Shown: in pieces, positions 12,885 to 24,575 of the stretch
How positions within the stretch are numbered: the first letter of the stretch is position 1
How the letters are laid out: each line of letters starts with the position of its first letter
DNA from: Squalus acanthias
Lineage: Eukaryota
DNA: 64,000 bases
Assembly: GCA_030390025.1 (NCBI GenBank)
Contig: CM059432.1
Span: 15,254,001 to 15,318,000, forward strand
Direction: 5' to 3'
Notes under the pieces: model-generated
The model's input: only the letters and a program-made list of their open reading frames with translations
What the model was told of the DNA's origin: nothing
The model's database searches: none
Translations under genes and position numbers: made by a program

Positions 12885-14186
12885 TGGTCTCCTTATTTAA
12901 GGAAGGATATACTTGCATTCGAGGCAGTTCAGAGACGATTCACTAAGTTAATTCCAGAGATGAGGGGGTTTGACTTATGAGGAAAGGTTGAGCAGGCTGG
13001 GCCTATACTCATTGGGGCAGAAATTAGGCTCGCCACGGGTGAGTACGCACTATGTACTCACCTGTGGACGGAACGAAAGTGCCGGTTTCTTGCATGCACT
13101 GTGCATGCGCGGGAAACCGGCACTTCCATTCCCCTGAAGGAAGGGGTTCAGAAGTCGAACGCGCACGCCGGAGGGCCAGCGTGTTCGCCTCGCACTTCGG
13201 GTTTTTTTACAGGTTCCTCCGTGAGGGTAAACACGGAGAAGATGCACATTGAGAAAGGAGGCGCAAGGCCTTCTTTTAACAAGGTAAGTGTTGATTTTAT
13301 TAAAATTTAAACATTTTTTTCACAGATTTATCTTTTTTAATTACTTTAAAGAAAAGTAAGTTTAGTTTTAGCCCCGTTAAAAAGTGTAATTAATTGTTTC
13401 AAAAATTTAAATTTGTGTTTAAAATAGTTAATTAATGTAATTTATAATTATTTTAAAAATGTGATTTTTAAAACAAAAAATATTTGTAGTTTTAGGGATG
13501 TTTTGGGGTCGATCTGTATTCATAGATTTGACAGGTCCTGTCAAATCTATGAATGAAAGATGGTCTGCTGCCATTGGCTCGCCATGGCCCACGTGATCCC
13601 AGGGGATGCATCGCACTAACTACGCCCCTGGGATACGCAAGCACTGCGCGCCGGCAGTTGGAGGAGGCCCAGGACCGGAATCCCCCCGCGGGCCCAGGGG
13701 TCAACGGCAGGCGCGGTAGGTAGGTGCGCGCGCGATCCTTGCACCCGCGGGAAGCCAGGGAGCCGAATTTCTGGCCCATAGGAATTTAGAAGAATGAGAG
13801 GTGATCTTATCGAAACATATAAGATACTGAGGGGGCTCGACAAGGTAGATGCAGAGAGGATGTTTCCCCTCATGGGGAAATCTAGAACGCGGGGGCACAG
13901 TTTCAGAATAAAGGGTTGCCCTTTCAGAACTGAGATGAGGAGGAATTTCTTCTCTCAGAGGGTCGTAAATTTGTGGAATTCTCTGCCGCAGAGAGCCGTG
14001 GAGGCTGGGTCATTAAATACATTTAAGGTGGAGATAGACAGATTTTTGCATTTTAAGGGAGTGAAGGGTTATGGGGAGCGGGCAGGGAAGTGGCTTTGAG
14101 CCCAAGATCAGCCATGATCTTATTGAATGGCGGAGCAGGCTCGAGGGGCCAAATGGCCTATTCCTGCTCCTATTTCTTATGTTCTT
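12885..14186 (+). mobile_element. CR1 LINE 3' end split by a MITE
   Basis: WSPYLRKD...RLGLYS then EFRRMRGDLIETYKILRG after the insertion; TSD TCTTCTGATG at 12877-12886 and 14183-14192. Confidence 0.92.
13014..13777 (+). mobile_element. PIF/Harbinger-like MITE (copy 1 of a pair)
   Basis: TIR GGGGCAGAAATT/AATTTCTGGCCC; flanks ATT/ATA; cleanly interrupts a CR1; near-identical inverted copy at 62213-62972. Confidence 0.9.
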
Positions 14187-14529
14187 CTGATGCGTATACT
14201 ATACATGCCAACTGGTTAAATTGGTGCGAAGCAATCTAGCTCTCTAAGAAGCTACCTCCAAGTGTTTCAAAATCTCAGACAAATCTTATTGTGGATAATA
14301 GGCCTGGAACACTCTGAAAGCAATTGAATTGATTTTCTATGCCAGCAAAATTCTGAAATGATATTTGACAAAAGAAATCAACAAAGTTGCTGCTCAAAGG
14401 ACATAAAGGTCGAGTCAAAAGCTTCCCAAGAGAAGAACAGTGAAGTGAGCCAGCTCTTTAAAGAATATATATAGCACCGAAAATGAACACTTCTGGTGAA
14501 CAAAGAGTCAAAACTGCTGATAAATTAGA

Positions 14530-14840
14530 CAACGGATGTCGTCCGCTTGTGACCGCAAAATGCTTCAAATTTTAGGCCAAACACAGGAGTTGGTTGTCAT
14601 CAAGACACGCACTGGAAAGCTAATCACTGGACCCGAACAAGTGGCTAAGAGGCTGGCAGAACACATTGAAGAGAACTTCAACAGTCAACCACTTGAAAAT
14701 ACAAATGTTAATGAGATGTATTATGCACTGATTTGCCTGTGATGCAGTTCAGTGCTATTAACCTTGACCGCCAACCACGGAAAAAGTTGCAGTTAGTGTC
14801 AAACTACTGAAGTTAAAACTCCTCGGAATAAGTAGCATAA
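14530..14840 (+). mobile_element. Ancient RTE-like LINE ORF fragment
   Basis: IKTRTGKLITGPEQVAKRLAEHIEENFN resembles the EN-RT linker motif of RTE-type ORFs. Confidence 0.4.
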
Positions 14841-15115
14841 ACCTAGAAAAACTGTAGCACAAGATTTCTTTAAGCAGTCACTACCGACTCCTGTCTACCT
14901 GCTCGCCAGAGAACATGCCATTTGATTTGTATAAATCTCCACATTTAACTTATGGTGATATTTTACTATAGCCAAAGTATTGGGCATCATTTTATAAACC
15001 GAGTCATCCCTCAACGAGAGAAGTACAGACTGAGAGCCATGGCTCAGTGGTAGCATTCTTGCCTCCGGCTCAGACGGTTGTGGGTTCAAGCTAACTCCTG
15101 AGAGTTGAGTATTTG

Positions 15116-17140
15116 GGGCTAGAAATTGGCCTCCTTAGCACCTACCGTTATTGCCTCCGGGGGGCGATAACGGGGCGCTAACGACTGAATGCCCGGGCGC
15201 GGCGTAATGAACGACTCCCGCTAACTTGGCCAGGAGGTTTGCGGCGACAGTAACACTTTGCGCCACAGTCTGCTGCGCCCGGAGATCGTGACGTCATTGC
15301 CGTGTGCATCGCCCCGGCAGTGCCCTGAAGCCGAACTTCGGTTCCGCCCCCTGCAGCATCGCCGGGCAAAAACACCGACAGCTGCAGGAGGCGTCGTTCG
15401 GGAGGCCGGGCGTTTCAGGGGCGGATGTTAAAGGGGAGGTTGCCGAGGTCAGTAGGAAAATTTCTAAAATGTTTTTTTTCAATTTTTTTCAATTCTCCTG
15501 GGCTGTGATCGATCAGCCCAGCACTCTGCTGGAGTTTTTTTTTATTTGTTTATGGGATCTGGGTGTCGCTGGCAAGGCCAGCATTTATTGCCCATCCCTA
15601 GCTGCCCTTGAGAAGGTGGTGGTGAGCCGCCTTCTTGAACCGCTGCAGTCCATGTGGTGATGGTACTCCCACAGTGCTGTTAGGTAGGGAATTCCAGGAT
15701 TTTGACCCAGCGACGATGAAGGATCGGTGATATACTTCGAAATCAGAATAGTGTGTAACTTGGAGGGGAACTTGGAGGTGGTGGTGTTCCCATGCGTCTG
15801 CTGCCCTTGTCCTTCTAGGTGGAAGAGGTCACGGGTTTGAGAGGTGCTGCCGAAGGAGCCTTGGCGAGTTGCTGCAGTGCATCTTGTAGATGGTACACAC
15901 TGCAGCCACGGTACGCCGGTGGTGGAGGGAGTGAATGTTTAAGGTGGTGGATGGGATGCCAATCAAGCGGGCTGCTTTGTCCTGGATGGTGTCGAGCTTC
16001 TTGAGTGTTGTTGGAGCTGCACTCATCCAGGCAAGTGGAGAGTATTCCATCACACTCCTTACTTGTGCCTTGTAGATGGTGGAAAGGCTTTGGGGAGTCA
16101 GGAGGTGAGACACTCGCCGCAGAATACCTAGCCTCTGACCTGCTTTTGTTGCCACAGTATTTATGTGGCTGGTCCAGTTAAGTTTCTGGTTAATGGTGAC
16201 CCCCAGGATGTTGATAGTGGGGGATTCGGCGATGGTAATGCCATTGTATGTCAAGGGGAGGTGGTTAGACTCTCGCTTGTTGGAGATACTCATTGCCTGG
16301 CACTTCTGTGGCGCGAATGCTACCTGCCACTTATCAGCCCAAGCCTAACCGTCGTCCAGGTCTTGTTGCATGCGGGCATGGACTGCTTCATTATCTGTGG
16401 AGTTGTGAATGGCGCTGAACACTGTGCAGTCATCAGCAAACATCCCCATTTCTGACCTTATGTTGGAGGGAAGGTCATTGATGAAACAGCTGAAGATGGT
16501 TGGGCCTAGGACACTGCCCTAAGGAACTCCTGCAGCGATGTCCTGGGGCTGTGATGATTGACCTTTGACCACCAGAACCATCTTCCTTTGTGCTAGATAT
16601 GACTCCAGCCAGTGGAGCGTTTTCCCCCTGATTCCCATTGACTTCAGTTTTACTAGGGCTCCTTGATGCCAGACTCGGTCAAATGCTGCCTTGATGTCAA
16701 GGGCAGTCACTCTTGCCTCACCTCTGGAATTCAGCTCCTTTGTCCATGTTTGGACCAAGGCTGTAATGAGGTCTGGAGCCGAGTGGTGTTGGCGAAACCC
16801 AAACTGGGCATCAGTGAGCAAGTTATGGGGCTGATTGGGCCGGATCGCGGCTGCTGTCGGGGACCAGCTAACTGGTCCCAATGCAGCGCCTGCTGCGATG
16901 GCCCTTCCCTTTAAGAGAGGGACGGAGCCTCGGATCGCGGCAGTACTGCACCTCTACCGCCCGCCTGCGTCCTTTAGCGCTCCAGGAAGGAAGTGGAGCG
17001 CTTGACTTAGCGCTCCACTTACTTCCTGGAGGGCAAACACCGAATTTAGAAAAATCTGGGAATCATTAGCGCCTGGCACTCAGTTTCCCAGCTTTCAAAA
17101 GTTAGCACGCCCAAACGGGCCGACACCGAATTTCTCCCCC
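15116..17140. mobile_element. Harbinger-like MITE (15116-15534 and 16826-17140) split by a LINE
   Basis: GGGCTAGAAATTGG...CGAATTTCTCCCCC termini; CpG-rich; SINE sequence resumes after it. Confidence 0.78.
15535..16825 (-). mobile_element. CR1-group LINE family B, 5'-truncated (RT domain)
   Basis: QFGFRQHHS...ALDIKAAFDRVWH...GVP, MFADD at about 16430-16445, YKAQVRSVMEYSPLAW, poly-T at left end. Confidence 0.93.
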
Positions 17141-17336
17141 GTAATCTAAGATGATACTTCAGTGTAGTACTTAGGGCAGTGCTGCACTGGCAGAGGTGCT
17201 GTCTTTCAGATGAGACATTCAACTGTCTGCTCTCTTAGGTGGACATAAAAGATCACATAGCACTAATCGAAAAAGACCAAGAAGTGTTCTAGGTAACACG
17301 TATCCCTCAATCAACACCACCAGAACAGATTACCAA

Positions 17337-19006
17337 TGCGAAATACTGCAGATGCTGGAATTCTGAAATAAAAACAGAAAATGCTGGAAATACTCAGCAG
17401 GTCAGGCAGCATCTGTGAAGAGAGATACAGAGTTAACGTTTCAGGTCAATGACCTTTCGTCAGAACTGGAAAATGTTAGAGATGGAACAGGTTTTAAGCA
17501 AGTGCAGGGGCAGGGAAAGGGGGGAGGGGAGGAAAGAACAAAAGGGAAGGTCTGTGATAGGATGGAAGGCAGGAGAGATTAAATGACAAAAGGGATGATT
17601 GTACAGAGCAAAAGGAGACGGTAATGGGACAAGTTAAGAAACAAAAGATGAGTCTAGAGAGGTGTAAATGGGAATGGCAGAATCATCAACAGCTGCCATC
17701 TGAAAAATTAGGGGCCGAGGTTATGATCTGAAATTGTTGAACTCGGTATTGAGTCCAGAAGGCTGTAAAGTGCCTAACAGAAAGATGAGGTGTTGTTCCT
17801 CAAGCTTACATTGAGCTTCATTAGAACAGTGTAGGAAGTCAAGGACAAAGAGGTCGAAGGGCCGAATGGCCTACTCCTGCTTCTATTTTTCTATGTTTCT
17901 ATGTCAAAGTGGGAGTGGAGCAGAGAATTAAAGTGACAGGCGACCGGAAGTTCGGGATCATGCTTGCGGACTGAACGGAGGTGTTCCGCAAAGCAGTCAC
18001 CCAATCTGCATTTTGTCTCCCCAATGTAGAGGAGACCGCATCGTGAGCAGCGAATACAGTATACTAAATTGTAAGAAGTACAAGTAAATCGCTGTTTCAC
18101 CTGGAAGGAGTGTTTGGGGCCCTGGACGGTGGGAATGGAGGAGGTAAAAGGGCAGGTGTTGCATCTCCTGCGCTTGCACGGGAAGGTGCCACGAGAAGGG
18201 GAAGGGGTGTTGGGGGTGATTGAGGAGTGGACCAGGGTGTCGCGGAGGGAGCGGTCCCTTTGGAATGCTGAAAGGGGAGGGGAGGGGAGGGAAAGATGTG
18301 TTTGGTGGTGGGATCACGCTGGAGGTGGCAGAAATGGAAATCTGAGGATGATCCGTTGAATGTGGAGGCTGGTGGGGTGAAAGGTGAGGACAAGGGGAAC
18401 TCTATCGTGGTTCCGGGAGGGAGGGGAAGGGGTGAGAGCAGAAGTGTGGGAAATGGAACGGACACGGTCAACGGCCGTGTCAACCACGGTACAGGGGAAT
18501 CCTCGGTTGAGGAAAAAAGAAGACATATCGGAAACACTAGTATGGAAGGTGGCATCGTCAGAACAGATGCGACAGGAGGCGGAGAAACTGGGAGAATGGG
18601 ATAGAGTCCTTATAGGAAGCAGGGTGGGAGGAAGTGTAGTCAAGGTAGCTGTGCGAGTCAGTGGGCTTATAATGGATGTTTGTCGATAGCCTATCCCCAG
18701 AAATGGAGACAGAGAAGTCGAGGAAGGGAAGGGAAGAGTCGGAGATGGACCATGTGAAGGTGAGGAAAGGGTGGAAATTGGAAGCAAAGTGAACGAAATT
18801 TTCCAGTTCGGGGCGAGAGCAGGAAACAGCATCGATACAGTCATCAATGTACCGGAAAAAGAGGCGAGGGAGGGGACCTGAGTAGGACTGGAACAAAGAA
18901 TGTTGCACATCTCCCAGGAAAAGGCAGGCATAGCTAGGACCCATGCGGGTTCCCATAGCAACACCTTTTATTTGGAGGAAGTGAGTGGAGTCACTTCCTC
19001 CAAATA
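17337..19006 (-). mobile_element. Penelope-like retroelement (RT + GIY-YIG endonuclease), 5'-truncated, decayed
   Basis: FLQIKGVAMGTRMGPSYA...FFRYIDD (PLE RT); NLVYCIRCSRCGLLYIGETKCRLGDCFAEH (GIY-YIG); pLTR tail; small CR1 tail inserted at about 17855-17902. Confidence 0.93.
17431..17467 (-). ncRNA. Minimal type I hammerhead ribozyme motif in PLE pLTR
   Basis: Minus strand AGUU-CUGACGA-A-AGGUC(AUU)GACCU-GAAA-CGUU-AACU: conserved core, stem II, palindromic stem III, 4-bp stem I. Confidence 0.75.
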
Positions 19007-19551
19007 TCTGGTCTTTTGTCTCATTGCTGTTTGTGAGGCCTTGCTGTATTTCATACAACAGTGACTATACTGGTTGGGAAGTGCTTTTGGATGTCCCGCA
19101 GTCATAAAAAGTGCTCTATAAACGCAAGATCTTTCTAATCTTCTTTGCTTTACAGCATTACCGGGATTGCTTTCACCCGCTAAATTATAGGTGACTAGCA
19201 TTCCAAATTCTTAGCTACTGACGTGCAATAACCTCACATTTCCGTATTAAATGGAAAATCTTGGTTAGTGAGGAATTTCTTAATTTGAGATTCCCGATTG
19301 TTTCCACTGAACTTTACCATCAGTGGAGCCACCAGAGTAACCAGTAATGGGATCTAATTCTACTCCTTTCTTTTGTTAATTTTGTGGTCATCAAAAGTGG
19401 GAAATATGCCAGGGACTGGTACACATTCGCTTTCATGTGCCCAGTGTCAGTGTCAAGCACTTCCAGGTCAGGTACAGCATAACTAGATACAGAGTAAAGA
19501 TCAATCTGCTTTGCCACAATGATGTGACTACACTTCAAAAGTACTTCATTG

Positions 19552-20014
19552 AAAAGGAAGACTTGCATTTGTATAGCGCCTTTCACGACCACGGGACATC
19601 TCAACGTGCTTTACAGCCAATGAAGTACTTTTTTTTTAAAGTGTAGTCACTGTTGTAATGTGGGAAACGCAGCAGCCAATTTGTGCACCCACAAACAGCA
19701 ATATGATAATTACCAGATAATCTGTTTTTGTTATGTTGATTGAGGGATAAATATTGGCCAGAATACCAGGGATAACTCCCCTGCTCTTCTTCAAAATAGT
19801 GCCTTGGGATCTTTTACATTCACCTGAGAGAGCAGACAGGGCCTTGGTTTAACATCTCATCCGAAAGACGGCACCTCCGACAGTGCAGCACTCCCTCAGC
19901 ACTGCACTGGAGTGCCAATCTAGCTTTATGTGCTCAAGTCTCTGGAGTGGGGCTTGAACCACACAACCTTCTAACTCAGAGGCGAGGGTGCTACCCACTG
20001 AGCCACAGCTGACA
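19552..20014 (-). mobile_element. Full-length DeuSINE inserted antisense into another DeuSINE fragment
   Basis: Complete head-to-tail copy; TSD CATTG at 19547-19551 and 20015-20019; host SINE tail is collinear on both sides. Confidence 0.9.
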
Positions 20015-20406
20015 CATTGGCTGTAAAAGTGCTTTGGGACGTCCTGAGGTCGTGAAAGGTGCTATATAAATGCAAATGATTATTCTTCTACTTCTAAGCC
20101 CCAACTTTATAAAATCACCTCACTGTACAAGTTCAATTTTTTTTCCAATTGTTATAGCAGCCTTATTGAATATAAAGCCCACATTTGCTGATCACCATTA
20201 TTTTAAAGTTGGCTGTAATCCACTTAAAATAAATGCATTACCGCTGAGATTAGAATAAGATAAATTAGGAAATGCAAGTCAGTAAAATGAGTGCCAATTA
20301 ATTCCAAACTAGGGGCAATTTTGTTCTGTGGGCCTATTAATTGAACAGCACAAGCTCATTTCACAAGGGCCTTTGCTTTAGGCATCCACAATGAGCTGAG
20401 ATCATG

Positions 20407-21096
20407 GGGGTAATTTTAACCCCCAAAAACGGGTGGGTTTAGGTCGGGTGGGATGTAAAAATGTAAAAAAAATCTCAAACCCAAACACAACCGCCTGCCC
20501 GCCCCCCCTTCAACCCGCCCACTTCCGGTTTAAACAGAGGTGGGACGGGGGGGTGGGGCAACCAACCCGCTCCCAGGAGGCGGGTCGCTCATTTAAATAT
20601 TTTAATCAGGCTGCGTGCCTCAGATTTTTTCCTCTCTCCCACCTTGAACCCTGGCCGGCTGGGTTTCCTGGGAATAAAGGGAGGCGAGGAGTGCTGCGTG
20701 GAAGAGGGCAAGTGCTTTTCTAGCACTGCTTGTGGGCCAGTAGCGGTCCTCCCCCGAACCCCCCGAGGCCCACCAACCTAACCTGCTTCCCTCCCCGCAA
20801 TCTGACCCGCCCACCGCGATCGAACCCCGCCCGCCCCGCGCGATCGCAGACACCACCCCTCCCCCCCGATTACTCCCGAACTTCCAAACCACGGCGTTCC
20901 CAACCCACACCCCCTGCGATCCCTGTCCTGGGGACCAACATGGGGGGGGGGGGGGAGGCCAAGCCTGTCAATCAGGCTGGCTTCTGGGCGGGGACCCTGC
21001 TAAGAAAAAACACGTCTACAGCATTTGGGGGGGGGGGCGGTACCAGAACTCCTCTCCCCTGCTTGGAAATCCCACCCCTGGTAAATATCGGGGCTC
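20407..21096. mobile_element. Harbinger-like MITE
   Basis: GGGGTAATTTTAAC start, GTAAATATCGGGGCTC end, flanks ATG/ATA; very GC-rich body. Confidence 0.65.
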
Positions 21097-22182
21097 ATAT
21101 TTCCCTTGGTTGAAAAAGTAGATCAGGATGAGTAGGATCAGAAAAATAATACAAAGTGACAAGTCAAGTGAAGGAAGAATAATGGAAATAAAGAGCCAAA
21201 ACCTCTTCTTGGTTGTCAAGATTTTCTTTTGGCAAAAGTAATTGATGATCACATAAACATGCAATGGTGTTATCTGTTTTTCAAATTACTCGCAATCTAA
21301 GTGAAAAATATTTTATGAGCACAAGCTTCCCATGGTCATCACATCTGATATTGACATTAATACATAATCCAAAGACCACTTTTGCGAGATATCACTGCCT
21401 GACCATATAATGTGCCAAAAAAATAATTTAAGCAGTAGATCATAAGAGCAAGTGTATAAAAAAAAAACCTTGTTGAGCAGTTTTCACTTTTGTTTTATTA
21501 GACAACGCTCCGTTTACCCTCTAAAATTGAAAAGAGACCTTAATAAATTTGAGTCCAGTGATACAATAAAACAAACATTCGCTCCATTCCCCAGACTCTG
21601 AGGTAAACAACTGCCCCTTGGATGACAGAAGTGATCTTGAATCTGCAACAATACCCTCAGTCTTCAGACATTAAGGCTGAACTTACACCACAACTATTTC
21701 CTCAGCTATAGTTGTAGGGTAAATCTGCAGCTGGGGCTCGACTAAACACTAGAACCAAGTAGAGTGACGACTTCCCAGAGCGCTCTGAAGTGAGGCTGGA
21801 GCCTGACTCTGGATTTACACTGCAATTTTATAGTGTTTCACTTTTAACTGACTCCAGTCCATTTTGGCTCAGTGGTTGCACTCTCTCCTCGGAGTCAGAA
21901 GGTCATTCATTCAAGCCTCACTCCAGGACTTGAGCACATAATCTGGGCTGACACTCCAGCACAGTCATGAGGGAGTGCTGCACTGTTGCAGGTGCCACCT
22001 CTCGAATGGGCGTAAAAGATCACATGACTATTCAAAGAAGAGCAGGGAGTTCTCCTGGTGCCTTGGCCAACATTTATCCCTCAAACAATACATAGAAACA
22101 TAGAAGATAGGAGCAGGAGTAGGCCATTCGGCCCCTCGAGCCTGCTCCACCATTTAATGAGATCATGGCTGATCATCCAAAT

Positions 22183-23441
22183 TCAGTACCCTGTCCCTGC
22201 TTTCTCCCCATATCCCTTGATACCTTTAGCCTTAAGAAATATATCTGACGCCTTCTTGAATATATTTAATGAATTGGCCTCAACTGCCTTCTGTGGTAGA
22301 GAATTCCACAGGTTCACCACTCTCTGGGTGAAGAAATTCCTCCTCATCTCAGTCCTAAATGGCTTACCCCTTATCCTTAGACTGTGACCCCTGGTTCTGG
22401 ACTCCCCCACCATTGGGAACATCCTTCCTGCATCTAGTCTGTCTAGTCCTGTTAGAATTTTATCAGTTTCAATGAGATCCCCTCTCATTCTTCTAAACTC
22501 TAGCGACTATAAGCCTAATCGACCCAATCTCTCTTCATACGTCATTCCTGCCATCCCAGGTATCAGTCTGGTGAATCTTCGCTGCACTCCCTCCATGGCA
22601 AGAACATCCTCCCTCAGATAAGGCGACCAAAACTGCACACAATACTCAAGGTGTGGTCTCACCAAGGCCCTGTACAACTGCAGCAAGACATCCTTGCTCC
22701 TGTACGCGAATCCTCTCGCTATGAAGGCCAACATACCATTTGCCTTCTTAACCGCCTGCTGCACCTGCATGCTTACCTTCAGCGACTGGTGCACAAGGAC
22801 ACCCAGGTCTCGTTGCACTTCCCCTTCTCCCAATCTATTGCCATTCAGATAATAATCTGCCTTCCTGTTTTTGCCACCAAAGTGGATAACCTCGCATTTA
22901 TCCATATTATACTGCATCTGTCATGCATCTGCCCAATCACCCAGCCTGTCCAAATCATACTGGAGTTTCTCTCTAGGAATTCCTCCTCCACAGTATTGTT
23001 ACTAATTTGGTTAGCCCAATCTATATGTAGATTAAAGTCACCCATGATAACTGCTGTGCCCTTATTGCACGCATCTCTAATTTCCCATTTAATGCCATCC
23101 CCAACCTCAGCATTACTGTTTGGGGGTCTGTATACAACTCCCACTAATGTTTTCTGCCCCTTGGTATTTCTCAGCTCTACCCATACAGATTCCACATCAT
23201 CAGAGCTTATATCCTTCCTTACTATTGTGTTAATCTCCTCTTTAACCAGCAATGCTACCCCATCTCCTTTTCCTTTTTGCCTGTCCTTCCTGAATATTGA
23301 ATACCCCTGGATGTTGAATTCCCAGCCTTGGTCACCCTGGAGCCATGTCTCCGTAACCCCAATTATATCATATCCGTTTATATCTATTTGCGCAGCTAAT
23401 TCATCCACCTTATTACAAATGCTCCTCGCATTAAGACACAA
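22183..23441 (-). pseudogene. CR1 ORF2 remnants (APE endonuclease and RT C-terminus)
   Basis: CLNARSI..K, GVTETWL, VYRPP, MGDFN; then KCEVIHFG, LVRPHLEYCVQFWSP. Confidence 0.9.
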
Positions 23442-23625
23442 AGCCTTCAGGCTTGTTTTTTAACACTCTTAGTCCTTTTAGAATTATTATTTACTGTGGC
23501 CCTGTTTGATTTACACCCTTGATTTCTCTGCCTTCGACTTTTGCTTTTCTCCTTCCTGTCTTTTGCTTCTATCCTTGCTTCCCTTTCCTCTGTCTCCCTG
23601 CACAGGTTCCCAACCCCCTGCCATT

Positions 23626-24575
23626 TTAGTTTAAACCCTCCCCAACAGCACTAGCAAACACTCCCCCTAGGACATCGGTCCCGGTCCTGCCCAGGTGCAA
23701 ACCGTCCAGTTTGTACTGGTCCCACCTCCCCCAGAACCGGTTCCAATGTCCCAGGAATTTGAATCCCACCCCCTTGCACCATTCCTCTAGCCACGTATTC
23801 ATCTGAAATATCCTTCTATTTCTACTCTGACTAGCACGTGGCACTGGTCGCAATCCTGAGATTACTACCTTTGAGGTCCTATTTTTTTATTTACCTCCTA
23901 ACTCCCTATATTCAGCTTTTAGGGCCTCATCCCATTTTTTACCTATATTGTTGGTACCTATATGCACCACGACAACTGGCTGTTCACCCTCCCCCTCCAA
24001 AATGGCCTGCAGCCGCTCTGAGACATCCTTGACCCTTGCACCAGGGAGGCAACATACCATCCTGGAGTCTCATTTGCGGCCGCAGAAACGCCTATCTATT
24101 CCCCTTACAATAGAAACCCCTATCACTATAGCTCTTCCACACTTTTTCCTCCCGTCCTGTGCAGCAGAACCATCCATGGTGCCAGGAAGTTGGCTGCTGC
24201 TGCCTTCCCCAATGAGCCATCTCCCCCAACAATATCCAAAGTGGTATATCTGTTTGAGAGGGGGATGGCCACAGGAGACCCCTGCACTACCTGCCTGCGC
24301 CTGCTACTCTGCTTGGCGGTCACCCATTCCCTTCCTGCCTGTGCAGCCTTTACCTGCGGTGTGACCAACTCCCTAAACATGCTATCCACGATGTCCTCAG
24401 CATCGCGATTGCTCCAGTATGTATCCATTCGCAGCTCCAGCGCCACAATGCGGTCTGCCAGTAGCTGCAGCTGGATACACTTCCCGCACACATGGTCGTC
24501 AGGGACACAGGAAGTGTCCCTGATTTCCCACATAGTTCAGGAGGAGCATGCCACAGGGCCAAGCTGTGCTGCCAT
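23626..24575 (-). pseudogene. CR1 ORF1 (Zn-finger/leucine zipper + SGNH esterase), disrupted
   Basis: MAAQLGPVACSS*TMWE..HVCGKCIQLQLL..IVALE; C-terminal GFKFLGHW..YKLDGLHLGRTG esterase motif; premature stop and frameshift. Confidence 0.85.

Larger units (their letters stand above)
15030..19140 (+). mobile_element. Single DeuSINE in three pieces (15030-15114, 17141-17335, 19005-19140)
   Basis: The pieces are collinear with intact copies: tRNA head TGGCTCAGTGG/GGTTCAAG, body, Deu core, tail. Confidence 0.8.

Noticed and set aside
22651..23463. 270-aa plus-strand ORF
   Set aside because: Antisense frame of CR1 ORF2.
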